From: a virus
Direction: 5' to 3' (one strand)
Virus record (IMG/VR): IMGVR_UViG_3300045970_000046
Span: 1-64,000 of that record
DNA: 64,000 bases
The translations under genes and the position numbers were made by a program. Each line of letters starts with the position of its first letter. Positions within the stretch are counted from its first letter, which is position 1. This document shows positions 36,322 through 46,112 of this stretch, piece by piece. The notes under the pieces were generated by a model, which saw only the letters and a program-made list of their open reading frames with translations, was not told the origin of the DNA and did not search any database.

Positions 36322-39243
36322 TTAGACAAGCTCACCATATTCGTCTACGACGTTATTTAGATGATCGCTGTCGTTCCGGTAGTAACGATCATCATAGTTT
36401 ACAGCACGTAAGGTCGTCGTGTAATTATCTTTTGGATCCTTTTCCGAAACCAAGAAGGCTTTTTCACGTGAACTAATATTGTCTACGATATGATAGACAG
36501 CCCTAGCATATAGGTCTTGATTTAAAGCTAGCGGTAACCGAGGAGCATGGTCTAGAAATACACTGCTTTCGGTCGAACCGTTACTAGCAACGAAACTCTC
36601 AATAGAACCATCGATATGTTGGATAAAGATTGTATACGTATGACCCGCAAGTAGCGTTACGGTCTGGGATAATTCTACTTCTAGTACGTTCTGGCCGATA
36701 ACCTCACCGTCCTGTGTTCCAGTACGAGTATTATCGGCTACGAGGATTCTATCTTGTACAACAAGGATCTCGGCTTCTTGTGTAGCTTCAAATTCAACGG
36801 AAACGTTTTGGTATTGGATCCTATTCCAGGCCCTTCTAGCAAGAAGATAAGCATGTAATTTACTGCGGATACCAAGACCTTCGATCTTACGTGGATTTAT
36901 AGAGCCGTATTGTGGAATACGGTATGTTAGAGGGGCCTCATCCTCAGGATCAACATAAGTTAGTTCAACACCGTCATAATTCTCGAGTGTACCGAAAGAT
37001 ATAGTCCGTGTTTCTGAACCAGGAAGCTTATTACGGTGGTTGAATAGTAGGATACTATCGTTTGTCTGTTTTTCAAACGATAGCATTATTAAGCTACCTC
37101 TCCGGTAAGCCATACAGAATACTGCCGTGGCTATAACCGTTATCATCTCTTCAAAAGACTCATTATCCTGATCGAACGCATGACCGAATTCAGATGCGTG
37201 GTATGTACCGAAATAAGGCTCAATTAGAGCTATAGTCTCGTATATATTCGATACATCTAGTTCACTTATAGCCCTACGACCAATATGCAGATCTAAACAG
37301 GCAGCACAGATCATATCTGCTACATTCTGTGTAGGAGATAGGGTAGTTGTGAAAGTATTCGTTGATCCTATACGAGTAGGTAGCTTCCTCGTAGTTAACA
37401 TATTGATCTTACGCTCTTTAACACTCGTTGCCGAAAGAGTCGCGTATGTTGACACATAGGCTGTAGTCACATCCCCAAAATCTACCGTAGCTGGAACTTC
37501 AACCAACGAATAAAGATCACGCCATTTAACCGTATCTACGACAGAAGTAGATCCCGTCGTTATCCGTTCATGGGCCGTATCGTTAACTGTAGTACGCCTA
37601 ACACGAATTTGAACCCTATGTCCAAAGAGCGAAGTTCCTACAATAGGGATATACATCGAAATAGCACATTGGGATCTTGTAGAGGCCGAACCAATTAATG
37701 TTGAAGTACGGAGAATAGTATCCGTAAGGATTGGTTCGTCGGCGTTATCTAAAGGTGTAAGCTCTACTTCGACATCTACCGCTAAACGTCGTTGATGATT
37801 CTCTCTATTCGTATAATATATACCGGATGGAGCAATAAAGTTTAACTGATAGGCTGTGGCTGTTTTATCATCGATAGTCACCGCCTTTATCCAGTTTGGT
37901 CCTACAGAACTGATAACTGGACTAAGGTAACCAGTCTTACCGGGAATACTAGCCCAACCTGGATTAATTGAATTAGGTGAATCTAGAACTATAGAGTCAT
38001 AACTAACGGCTAGAATCGTATAGGTACCGTTTAGATTTATACCTCCTGATCCAATAGTCGTGTTAAAGCATTCAAGTACACCGTTAGATCCTATGGTCGT
38101 CTGTAAACTAACTTCATCGTATTCGTAATAGTTAGTCTGGAGTAGAGTTTCAAAAGCTCCACTAATTACCGGATAATCTTGAGTATTATAGGGGTAGCTA
38201 CAGATAATAGCGTTAGGCGTACGGGCTAGTACCGTATATCCATAATCGAAGCACACGAAGCTCCGAACGTTACTAAACGCCGCACTAATCTGTAGTATGT
38301 CGCCCCCGTTAAGTGGAGGAGCGTCGTTATTTGGGAAGTGGACTGTAATAGGCCAATCCATAAAATCCGCCGTAAAATAGATATACGTGCCGGCTGTCGG
38401 TGGATTGATAATCACGTTTGATATATAAACCGACTGGCCAGCTACAAAGAGAGCGGCGAAATCTTCTTCCGGAGCCCCTATTAAATCTAGTTGTCCGGCT
38501 GCAGAAAATTGGACGTTAGCTATACCTCTAAAGACATTCGAGTTCTCAACTACTAGTTCCTGACCGTTAACAGACGAGTAGCGTTGTGTTGTATAGAGTG
38601 GTTCACCGATTAAGGACCCGGTTAATTGGTCTGGTTCAGAGCTATTAGGCTGCTTACCCGGACCGTAGATTTCAGCGGACAGACCTGTTATATCCGTGAT
38701 TAATGTACTACCGTCTTTAATATCACCAATCTCGTAAGAACCACGACCGATACATAGGTACGAAAATTCTACTTCCTGGTTATTAATAAATCTAGAACGC
38801 GGTACAGATATTAAATCTGGAGTACACCGTACAGTACCTAAGATATCCGGTATACGACCGTAAAGGCGCTCTCTATTCTGTCTACCCGATAGATCGTTTG
38901 TTGAAGAACGAGGGATCCTTTCCTTGTCCGGTTTAAATAGAATAGCCATCGTAATAACGGCTGCGATAGCTATGATAGATATGACAAGGGCGGTCACACC
39001 CATGTCGGCCGGATAGATAACAACGATAAACGAACCTTCTAGTGTCTTCAGGTGCTCTGTAGAGGCTTCGTCCTTGGGAGTAACATCATGGGTATTGGCC
39101 ACATGGTTATGGTAGATCCGGCCACCCTTTGGAAAAGACTCGTAATGCTCTTGTAAAAAATCTACAAGACTTTCATGTTCGTATGCAATCCACGAACTAG
39201 GTTCAAACGGATTCTCCGCTAATAGGATAGTTTTTAAGGACAT
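36322..39243 (-). CDS. tail tip / hub protein (J-like)
   Basis: LSGRQN..R...RIPDI.G.V...PDL; AVNYDDRYY; position. Confidence 0.85.
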   Translation of the reverse strand: MSLKTILLAENPFEPSSWIAYEHESLVDFLQEHYESFPKGGRIYHNHVANTHDVTPKDEASTEHLKTLEGSFIVVIYPADMGVTALVISIIAIAAVITMAILFKPDKERIPRSSTNDLSGRQNRERLYGRIPDILGTVRCTPDLISVPRSRFINNQEVEFSYLCIGRGSYEIGDIKDGSTLITDITGLSAEIYGPGKQPNSSEPDQLTGSLIGEPLYTTQRYSSVNGQELVVENSNVFRGIANVQFSAAGQLDLIGAPEEDFAALFVAGQSVYISNVIINPPTAGTYIYFTADFMDWPITVHFPNNDAPPLNGGDILQISAAFSNVRSFVCFDYGYTVLARTPNAIICSYPYNTQDYPVISGAFETLLQTNYYEYDEVSLQTTIGSNGVLECFNTTIGSGGINLNGTYTILAVSYDSIVLDSPNSINPGWASIPGKTGYLSPVISSVGPNWIKAVTIDDKTATAYQLNFIAPSGIYYTNRENHQRRLAVDVEVELTPLDNADEPILTDTILRTSTLIGSASTRSQCAISMYIPIVGTSLFGHRVQIRVRRTTVNDTAHERITTGSTSVVDTVKWRDLYSLVEVPATVDFGDVTTAYVSTYATLSATSVKERKINMLTTRKLPTRIGSTNTFTTTLSPTQNVADMICAACLDLHIGRRAISELDVSNIYETIALIEPYFGTYHASEFGHAFDQDNESFEEMITVIATAVFCMAYRRGSLIMLSFEKQTNDSILLFNHRNKLPGSETRTISFGTLENYDGVELTYVDPEDEAPLTYRIPQYGSINPRKIEGLGIRSKLHAYLLARRAWNRIQYQNVSVEFEATQEAEILVVQDRILVADNTRTGTQDGEVIGQNVLEVELSQTVTLLAGHTYTIFIQHIDGSIESFVASNGSTESSVFLDHAPRLPLALNQDLYARAVYHIVDNISSREKAFLVSEKDPKDNYTTTLRAVNYDDRYYRNDSDHLNNVVDEYGELV

Positions 39244-39590
39244 ATGTAGAACCTAATGTCGGGATAAATTCCGCGAAGTGTATCTAAGGACTCGTACTTA
39301 GCACCTGTTCCGGTAAGATGCAAGACGCGCCTACGGAGATAGACGCCCATATGTGGAGTGTCGCTCTTATTTCGCATAAGTACAAAGCACGGATCCACAG
39401 GTTGGGGTACACGGCTAAACTTTTTCACCGTATTTTTAGTAAGAAGTCCGTGTTTTGGGGGTAGGATCTCGGTAAACACGGGGGTCACGTTAGTCCCGGT
39501 AAGATCCTCCCAAACGTCACAAGCGAAATGTAGGCAGGTATAGGAGTTAATTTCATAGATACGCGAAAGATAGGGATCTACAGAGGTCAT
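39234..39590 (-). CDS. NlpC/P60-like tail assembly protein
   Basis: Y.C.HF...W ... H.GVY...VLHL. Confidence 0.8.
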   Translation of the reverse strand: MTSVDPYLSRIYEINSYTCLHFACDVWEDLTGTNVTPVFTEILPPKHGLLTKNTVKKFSRVPQPVDPCFVLMRNKSDTPHMGVYLRRRVLHLTGTGAKYESLDTLRGIYPDIRFYICP

Positions 39591-40123
39591 AAGAAACCCC
39601 TTAACATAGGGAATCTATCAACCGTATAGTATTCCCCGATACGATTAACGTTTAGTCTAGGTAGGCGGGCTTCGAAAGAAGAGCCTTCCCTTTTAAAGTT
39701 GAAACTATCTACCTCTAGGTTAATAGGACCGAGAATACGTTCTAGAGTATCCGAACGATATATCCTATAAACTACGCGGGGCTTTTCAGCGTATCCACTA
39801 CCAGGAGTCTGAGTTTCTGAGTCACGCGGAACCTGAGGAGAAGAAGCTATAGCGTCTAGTTCCTTCGGAAGAACCTCGCCAAGATCCCCTAGATCGATCT
39901 GGAAACCACCATCCAGATCGGCCTTAGATTTAATAGGCGTAATCCTAAGTGGATAGTAGTCAAAATGAAAGGTAGTAGCATCCTCTAGGACGACGGTTAT
40001 ACCTTCTATAGCGTTACGAACTATACGATAGGTACGAGTAAAGTTCGGATGACTAATCTCTAGTAGCTCTAGGGCTACTACATCTGATTGTGAATTTAAG
40101 AAAAATTCAGTATATAGACTCAT
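39587..40123 (-). CDS. tail tip protein (DUF1833/L-like)
   Basis: LEISHP.F...RIVRN ... GE.Y...RFPML. Confidence 0.8.
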   Translation of the reverse strand: MSLYTEFFLNSQSDVVALELLEISHPNFTRTYRIVRNAIEGITVVLEDATTFHFDYYPLRITPIKSKADLDGGFQIDLGDLGEVLPKELDAIASSPQVPRDSETQTPGSGYAEKPRVVYRIYRSDTLERILGPINLEVDSFNFKREGSSFEARLPRLNVNRIGEYYTVDRFPMLRGFL

Positions 40124-40124
40124 A

Positions 40125-41441
40125 TTAACCCGGGAGTAAACCAGGAAGCTGATTATTAATCAGGAAGTTCAAGGCGTCAATAGTAGCTTGGTCTGTAGTA
40201 CCATTCAGGACTATAGCAGCGTATTCGCTAATAGCCTTACGTGTCTGGAAAACTTCCATTGTTGCCTGAATCGTAATATACTGCCCTATCTTACTTGCAA
40301 CCTGAACACTCCCTGGAAGGAAACGAGCCGTACATTCAGAAGGAGTGGAAGAATCTAGTATTAGATCAACCTGGAACGGTAGAGAACAATCTCGAAGTCT
40401 ACCGTAGAGTAACCAGAAAATTTTATAGTCTGTGGGATTTAGCTTCCATTTAGCCGTTACAATAGACGAGGAATTTTGGATACCGGGACTATACCGACTT
40501 AGACCAATTCCATATTCGATACTGATAACTTCGTCGTCTTTATCGGTAACGGTATATCCGTCCTGCAGTGGAACAAGGTATAGCTTCCGTGCCGGAGAAT
40601 CCGTAGCTACTGAAGCATGACCCGAAGCTGAACCACCTAGACCAACAGGCCCGTAGGTTCGAATATCGTCTTTAGTGGAAGCATGACCCGCGGCTGTACC
40701 TGTAAGGTCTACGGTACGAGATGTATGAGGTAAGGCCGTAGCTCCGGCATGACCTCCGGCGGTACCTCCCAAAGGAACAGGACCGGTAGTCTCTCCGGTT
40801 ACATCCGCATGTCCGCCAGACGTACCCCCTAGTAGAACGTCGGTCTGTAGCCCTGTGGCCACAGCACCCGCGTGACCAGAAGCTACCCCTGAAAGTGGAA
40901 TACTGCTTGGGTTCGTCCCGAAATAACCGGTAGGTACAATTTGAATGGCAGCTGTACCTCCGTCTGTACCTACGAAGTGGATAGGTGCTAGTTTAAGTGA
41001 AACCGTTGAATTATCAGTGCTAGTAAACGAGAGTAATGTACCAGAGGTATCTAGTACATCGGCCGTAGCCGTTATATCTACTACTGTACTATGACCGGAG
41101 GCTGTACCGGATAGCCGTGTAGGTACAGTATACGAGAGTACGGACGTTAAAGCACCGCGACCACCAGCGGTACCGGCTAGTGAAGTAGGCCCTGTACTCG
41201 TCACACCGGCTGTTCCGGAACCATGACCGGCAGACACACCACCTAATGACGTCGCTGTTGGAAGTTGAGTTGTTACCGTAGGACTAGATACAGTCGCCTG
41301 TCCGGAAGCGGTCCCGGAAAGCGGTATACGTATAGATTCTACCGTCACGTCATTAACAGTAATGGCTCCAGATCCGGGTACTACCCGTAAGGATAGAGTT
41401 GCATTACCTAGCGGTAACGTGAGGGTAGTTATAACCTTCAT
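40125..41441 (-). CDS. Gly/Thr/Ser-repeat stalk fused to distal-tail-like domain
   Basis: L.G.A.GHA repeats; C-terminal ~150 aa aligns by eye with 48919..49281. Confidence 0.75.
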   Translation of the reverse strand: MKVITTLTLPLGNATLSLRVVPGSGAITVNDVTVESIRIPLSGTASGQATVSSPTVTTQLPTATSLGGVSAGHGSGTAGVTSTGPTSLAGTAGGRGALTSVLSYTVPTRLSGTASGHSTVVDITATADVLDTSGTLLSFTSTDNSTVSLKLAPIHFVGTDGGTAAIQIVPTGYFGTNPSSIPLSGVASGHAGAVATGLQTDVLLGGTSGGHADVTGETTGPVPLGGTAGGHAGATALPHTSRTVDLTGTAAGHASTKDDIRTYGPVGLGGSASGHASVATDSPARKLYLVPLQDGYTVTDKDDEVISIEYGIGLSRYSPGIQNSSSIVTAKWKLNPTDYKIFWLLYGRLRDCSLPFQVDLILDSSTPSECTARFLPGSVQVASKIGQYITIQATMEVFQTRKAISEYAAIVLNGTTDQATIDALNFLINNQLPGLLPG

Positions 41442-43060
41442 GGAGTAGCCGGAAGTGTAAGTGTATCTACTACAACACCGTTAACTAGAACTTCCACCTG
41501 ACCACCTGTCGGAGAAGTGGCGTCAAGCTGCAACTGTAGGGGACGAGTCAGAGAATTCACAGTTTGAATATCCAGACCGGTGTCAGGGTTTAACGGTGCA
41601 TTCAATGATATGGTACCACCGTCTACCACAATACAATGCTGATTTGAAACCACCCCTACCTGAGAATCAACATCGGCCAGGTAGTCTCTAGTTCCAACCA
41701 GACCACCTACAGTTCTGGCTACTACGCGTACCTGCCAGTAATCGTCACCCCATGAGGTTAATTGATAGGCGTTATCGGTCCATCTGGAAACAGGTGGACC
41801 CTGATATACGCGTGTACCGTTAAGCCATAGCTCCACTTGGTTTACTGTATCGGAAGAACAGAAAGCTCCGAGGTCAACACTTACAGTACCACGAACTTTT
41901 ATATGAAGCAACCCTTCGGAATGCGTATCTTCGATCCCAATATCGTTATGAGCAACATTGTACCAGTCATCTGTATGCGTCTCCCCACGCCCCTTGAGGC
42001 GTAGATACGGAAAGACTTTATTGCTATTTCCTGGGAGCGTTGATTCAGCCTTCAGTACGGCGAGTTCTGCGTCAACTACACCGACCCCTGCGGCAGTATT
42101 GTAAAACATATCTACTTTCCATCCCTTTTTAGGTCTGGTAGCTGTCGAGATTAGTATATTTCTAACCTGTTCATTTGTTAGTGAGGGATTTTTCGCCCAC
42201 ACAAGTTGAGCAACACCACCAACCACAGAGGCGATATTAATCAGATTTGGGTTCCAAAAACCTACTGTTCCAGGAAAGGGAAACTTACCGTTTTCGTGAA
42301 TAGCCGAAATTCCCATATGGATCTGAGAGGCCAGTATGTCTACACGAGGTCCGTACTGGCCTCGGTAGGTGGATCCGGGATGCAGCATACTAAAGACACA
42401 CCGGGCCTCATCGTCAATCCTAACTCCTCCAACACATAGAACGTGCGGGGCATCACTAGGGCTGTAGGCGGTAGCTGTTGGATTAGCTATAAATGTTTCA
42501 TCGTCTCCAATATAAGAAACGACTAGGCATCCAGCCGACCACGCATTGGCAACGGCAAGGGCTACAGCCGAGCCGGTAACGGTAGGACCAGCCGGGGCTG
42601 TTGGATGGACGGTGACGATTACACGAGCGCCTGATGCAACGAGAAAATCTATCCCAGCTGCCATCGCCGAGGCACTTACACCCATGGCGAGCTGAATCCC
42701 ATCTACTGCCGTCGCTAGAGTAGCTTCCGGGGCAACACCGTATAACCGTCCGGTTCCACCCTTACCTACAAGAGTAACAGCCGGATTGATAGAGTAGCTA
42801 CCTCCACCACGGCCACTATTGATATTAGTCCCGCCGGTGGAGATATTCCGAGCAGCTATAACCTTACCTGTTAGTTCAGGGGTGTTGGGAAAGAAGTTAG
42901 GGTAGGATCCAGCCTCGCCAGGATATTCAGCACATATAAGTCCAATAGGAAAGGTTGCCGCTCCCGTACCTATTGTCCACGCCTCGTATACATGGGACCG
43001 CTGGAACGTATGCTGCCTACCAAACAAGGTGCTCTGATATGGGAGCTTATACCGGATCAT
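41438..43060 (-). CDS. S8 subtilase-like pseudoprotease
   Basis: YGVAPEA, YGPRVDILA, V.GVA.LVWA.NP.LT..QV..IL..TA, but no DSG/HGT/GTS motifs; GAAGGAGGAG RBS. Confidence 0.8.
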   Translation of the reverse strand: MIRYKLPYQSTLFGRQHTFQRSHVYEAWTIGTGAATFPIGLICAEYPGEAGSYPNFFPNTPELTGKVIAARNISTGGTNINSGRGGGSYSINPAVTLVGKGGTGRLYGVAPEATLATAVDGIQLAMGVSASAMAAGIDFLVASGARVIVTVHPTAPAGPTVTGSAVALAVANAWSAGCLVVSYIGDDETFIANPTATAYSPSDAPHVLCVGGVRIDDEARCVFSMLHPGSTYRGQYGPRVDILASQIHMGISAIHENGKFPFPGTVGFWNPNLINIASVVGGVAQLVWAKNPSLTNEQVRNILISTATRPKKGWKVDMFYNTAAGVGVVDAELAVLKAESTLPGNSNKVFPYLRLKGRGETHTDDWYNVAHNDIGIEDTHSEGLLHIKVRGTVSVDLGAFCSSDTVNQVELWLNGTRVYQGPPVSRWTDNAYQLTSWGDDYWQVRVVARTVGGLVGTRDYLADVDSQVGVVSNQHCIVVDGGTISLNAPLNPDTGLDIQTVNSLTRPLQLQLDATSPTGGQVEVLVNGVVVDTLTLPATP

Positions 43061-45473
43061 AAACTCCTCCTTCAATGTTACCGGAGATATCAATCCCGTA
43101 GAATTGTAGCTTTCCCGACTGGGGCGTAAGCGGAGCAAGATACGTGCTCCACGCTCCAGAACCCCACCGGTACCTAATTGTTACAGGAGCATTCTCACTA
43201 ACAGACGACAGTATGATAGTACCACGGGTGGCGGTAGGCCACGAAACCGTGGTAAGTGGAGCAGCAGCTGCAGAGGTGTGACCAATAACGTCGACATACT
43301 CCTGCTCGACGGTAAGCGTAGAGGTTCTAGCAACTAATTTTAGAAGATTCCCAGCTAGAAGTCCGGAGTTCAAAGGGATTAGCGAGTCCCATGTAGTTCT
43401 AGCCCCTCCTTGGTAAACCATTGTAGATCCGGCCCATAATTCCAAGGAGGTAATAGGATCCGAAGAATAGGCTATGAGCTCTACATATATAGTTCCATGG
43501 AGATGAACGGTAGGAACCCCCGAGCTCCAAACTACAGCATCACTGATAAGAATGGGAATATACCGCCCCATGATATCTCTTTTAAAGAAATTGCAGTAAG
43601 GAAAGATATGTCCTGCAAACTCCGGGACTAATGACAGCGCCTTGCTAACGGCCTTTCCTGCATTCCAAATACCCGGTAACTCAGGAAATAATGTTGTAAA
43701 ATCTGGATTCTGAGGCTTATCCCAAGTATCTTTAGCTATCTGACAGATCTGAAGCCCCGTTAAATCCATGTTAGCTGAACCGATTAGGGCACAAATTCCC
43801 ACTGAAAAGGGGGTAGCAGAAGACGTACCGTTAAAATAGGTGTAGTCCACTAGAGCGTTGTTTGGATTAGAAGGAGTGAACCACTCGAAATCGCTATCTA
43901 TAGCTCCGGACGTTGCGATCCCAGTTCCAGCCTGGTGGTAGACAGAGGCTAGAATCTGATGTCCATGAGCCACCGCATTAACCTTAGGACCGTAATTTGA
44001 ATAGCAAGCACGCTCGTCAAGCCGGGTGGTCTCTAGACATCCAACAGACAAAAATCCATATTCCTTACAAAGATTTCCGGGACTTCCCGACATGCCCGTA
44101 GAGTAATTACACGCGGCAAATAGGGCTGCGTCGCCGCGATCTCGGAGCAGGTCGAATGTTGTCCTATACTCCGCCAATAATCCACCGGTAGAAGTGTACG
44201 CAGAGCCCCAGGAATTATTCGAAATTTTAGCCCCCAACAGGGAACCCATTATCAGGCCCTCTGTTAGAGCCACAATGGTGACATAAGTTTCTCCCGGGGC
44301 TAGTTCCGTCCGCCAAGAGAAACCATTACAGCTAAACAAGGAGCATTCAGGAGCGACGCCAACAGGCCCGGCCTTTAGAGGTGAGGATCCTACGTAGTCC
44401 GGTTTGTTAGCGTTAGCCAAAATGACACCGGAGCAGCAGGTCCCGTGAGTTGCGGATCCAGCCGAATTATCCGTGCTGGGCCCGAATACCCCCTTACCGG
44501 GATTAAAACGGATTACTTTCTTTCCGGCAAACGCAGGCCACTGCTCTGCCGCAGTTGGGTAAAGGGGGCCTCCAGGGACTCCTAGGGTCGGATCACTAGC
44601 GGGACCCGTAAATGTAGAGTTAATTATTAATCCAGAATCATTTACCGTGACTAAGAAATCCGGGTGCCCCATCGTATACTTCCACGCCGAAAAGACATCC
44701 GACCGTAAGTGAGAATACTGTCTGGGAAGAGCCGCATCGCTGGCCCCATGGTATTTGCGTTTGGAAGTTTGATAGTTAGGGAGCCTAACATTAGTCGTAG
44801 TAGCCGAAGCGTGGGCTGTATCTACAGATGTTCTTGGCCCAGAGGAGGAAGCCCGCAGCGAAATATAACGGCCTTGTTTGGTACCTTCTACAGAAATTGT
44901 AGATGAGGGAACAGGCCCTGCACTCGGTTGCACCATACTCCATATACCTAACCCGTGGTTGAGTGCGTCAGGTCCTAACAAAATATCTGTAGATAGCGGA
45001 GGACCTACAGGCGTAGTCCACCACGTACTCAGAGTATCATAGTCATAACTAAACTCGTAATTATGGGCTAATAACAGAACAAGGCTGTTCTGCCCTAAAG
45101 TCGTAATTGAAGGAACAACTAGATCCGTGTATACAGTGATGTCGGGACTTGTGGCCGTAGCGAGCGAACCCACAACCTCTATCGGGGCTGTGGGATCACA
45201 ATCTCTATAGGCCGCCATAATAATATAGCCTGTACTATGGGCTATGTCGACGTTTTCATCAGTTAATACTTTGTAGCAAATAGCGAAGAAAGTTGAAGTT
45301 CCTCCCGCAGAATTTGAAGCTCCTGGGACTAGGGTCCAACCTGTAGGAGCCGAGCTAGTTCCGGTGATGAAGGCTATAACTACATCACCAGCTTCGAGAC
45401 CCGAGGGTACACCTTCCTTAGTGGGATCATCCCCACGGTACTTCCCTGTACTTACAAGATATGGGATTCTCAT
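43047..45473 (-). CDS. S8 (subtilisin-family) serine protease with extra N- and C-terminal domains
   Basis: VNDSG (D279), HGTCCSG (H343), NNSWG, AACN, NGTSSATP (S551). Confidence 0.92.
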   Translation of the reverse strand: MRIPYLVSTGKYRGDDPTKEGVPSGLEAGDVVIAFITGTSSAPTGWTLVPGASNSAGGTSTFFAICYKVLTDENVDIAHSTGYIIMAAYRDCDPTAPIEVVGSLATATSPDITVYTDLVVPSITTLGQNSLVLLLAHNYEFSYDYDTLSTWWTTPVGPPLSTDILLGPDALNHGLGIWSMVQPSAGPVPSSTISVEGTKQGRYISLRASSSGPRTSVDTAHASATTTNVRLPNYQTSKRKYHGASDAALPRQYSHLRSDVFSAWKYTMGHPDFLVTVNDSGLIINSTFTGPASDPTLGVPGGPLYPTAAEQWPAFAGKKVIRFNPGKGVFGPSTDNSAGSATHGTCCSGVILANANKPDYVGSSPLKAGPVGVAPECSLFSCNGFSWRTELAPGETYVTIVALTEGLIMGSLLGAKISNNSWGSAYTSTGGLLAEYRTTFDLLRDRGDAALFAACNYSTGMSGSPGNLCKEYGFLSVGCLETTRLDERACYSNYGPKVNAVAHGHQILASVYHQAGTGIATSGAIDSDFEWFTPSNPNNALVDYTYFNGTSSATPFSVGICALIGSANMDLTGLQICQIAKDTWDKPQNPDFTTLFPELPGIWNAGKAVSKALSLVPEFAGHIFPYCNFFKRDIMGRYIPILISDAVVWSSGVPTVHLHGTIYVELIAYSSDPITSLELWAGSTMVYQGGARTTWDSLIPLNSGLLAGNLLKLVARTSTLTVEQEYVDVIGHTSAAAAPLTTVSWPTATRGTIILSSVSENAPVTIRYRWGSGAWSTYLAPLTPQSGKLQFYGIDISGNIEGGVYDPV

Positions 45474-45871
45474 TAGGTGAACCGAAAAGACGGATTAGAT
45501 ACTCGTAAGATATCTCCAGTATCACTCATCAGCCTTGTCTTATGGCCTAGTTCTAAAATGGCGATTAAGGCTCCGGAGGTTCCGGAGGCAACCGTGACAA
45601 GTCCGATATACCGGATAGGTACGGCGGCTGTAAATCCAGTAAATTCAAAGTTCCCCGAGCACGTAAACTGGCCTGCAACAACAGTCATATTCAACTGTGG
45701 ACAATTAATTCGAGAGTATGTCCCAGTTACGGCAGTAACTTCCGCCATATTCGCCAACGTGGTAGTATCGGATCTATCCGTTAGAGCCGCTAAATAAATA
45801 CCGCCCGGCAAGGACGCGATAAGTGCAAGACTTAGGGCCTGAGAACCCTCGATAGGAATTACAACGGCCAT
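45473..45871 (-). CDS. small virion beta-sandwich protein (paralog of 48319 and 62170)
   Basis: YLAAL...AEV....Y.R...F.G...GL...G.L. Confidence 0.7.
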   Translation of the reverse strand: MAVVIPIEGSQALSLALIASLPGGIYLAALTDRSDTTTLANMAEVTAVTGTYSRINCPQLNMTVVAGQFTCSGNFEFTGFTAAVPIRYIGLVTVASGTSGALIAILELGHKTRLMSDTGDILRVSNPSFRFT

Positions 45872-46110
45872 TATTGTGTCTCCACTAATGACTCGAACCA
45901 GACATTGGCCACAGCAGGGTGGGCTTCATAACGAAGGATTGCCGTGGATACGTTTGCGGTACCGACAAAAACCTCTAACACCATCGCGTTCGGATACATA
46001 TTTAGCGTACGTCCCCCACACTCCTGAACTACACATAGACCTAGATCCTGGTCCCAATACTTCAGTCGTACCATCAATCTATCTAGTAGTATAGGGAGGG
46101 CCATATCCAT
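45871..46110 (-). CDS. stand-alone S8 pro-domain / inhibitor I9-like protein
   Basis: DRLMVRLK...GG...VLEV...AILRYEAHPAVANVWFE resembles subtilase propeptide pattern. Confidence 0.55.
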   Translation of the reverse strand: MDMALPILLDRLMVRLKYWDQDLGLCVVQECGGRTLNMYPNAMVLEVFVGTANVSTAILRYEAHPAVANVWFESLVETQ

Positions 46111-46112
46111 AC

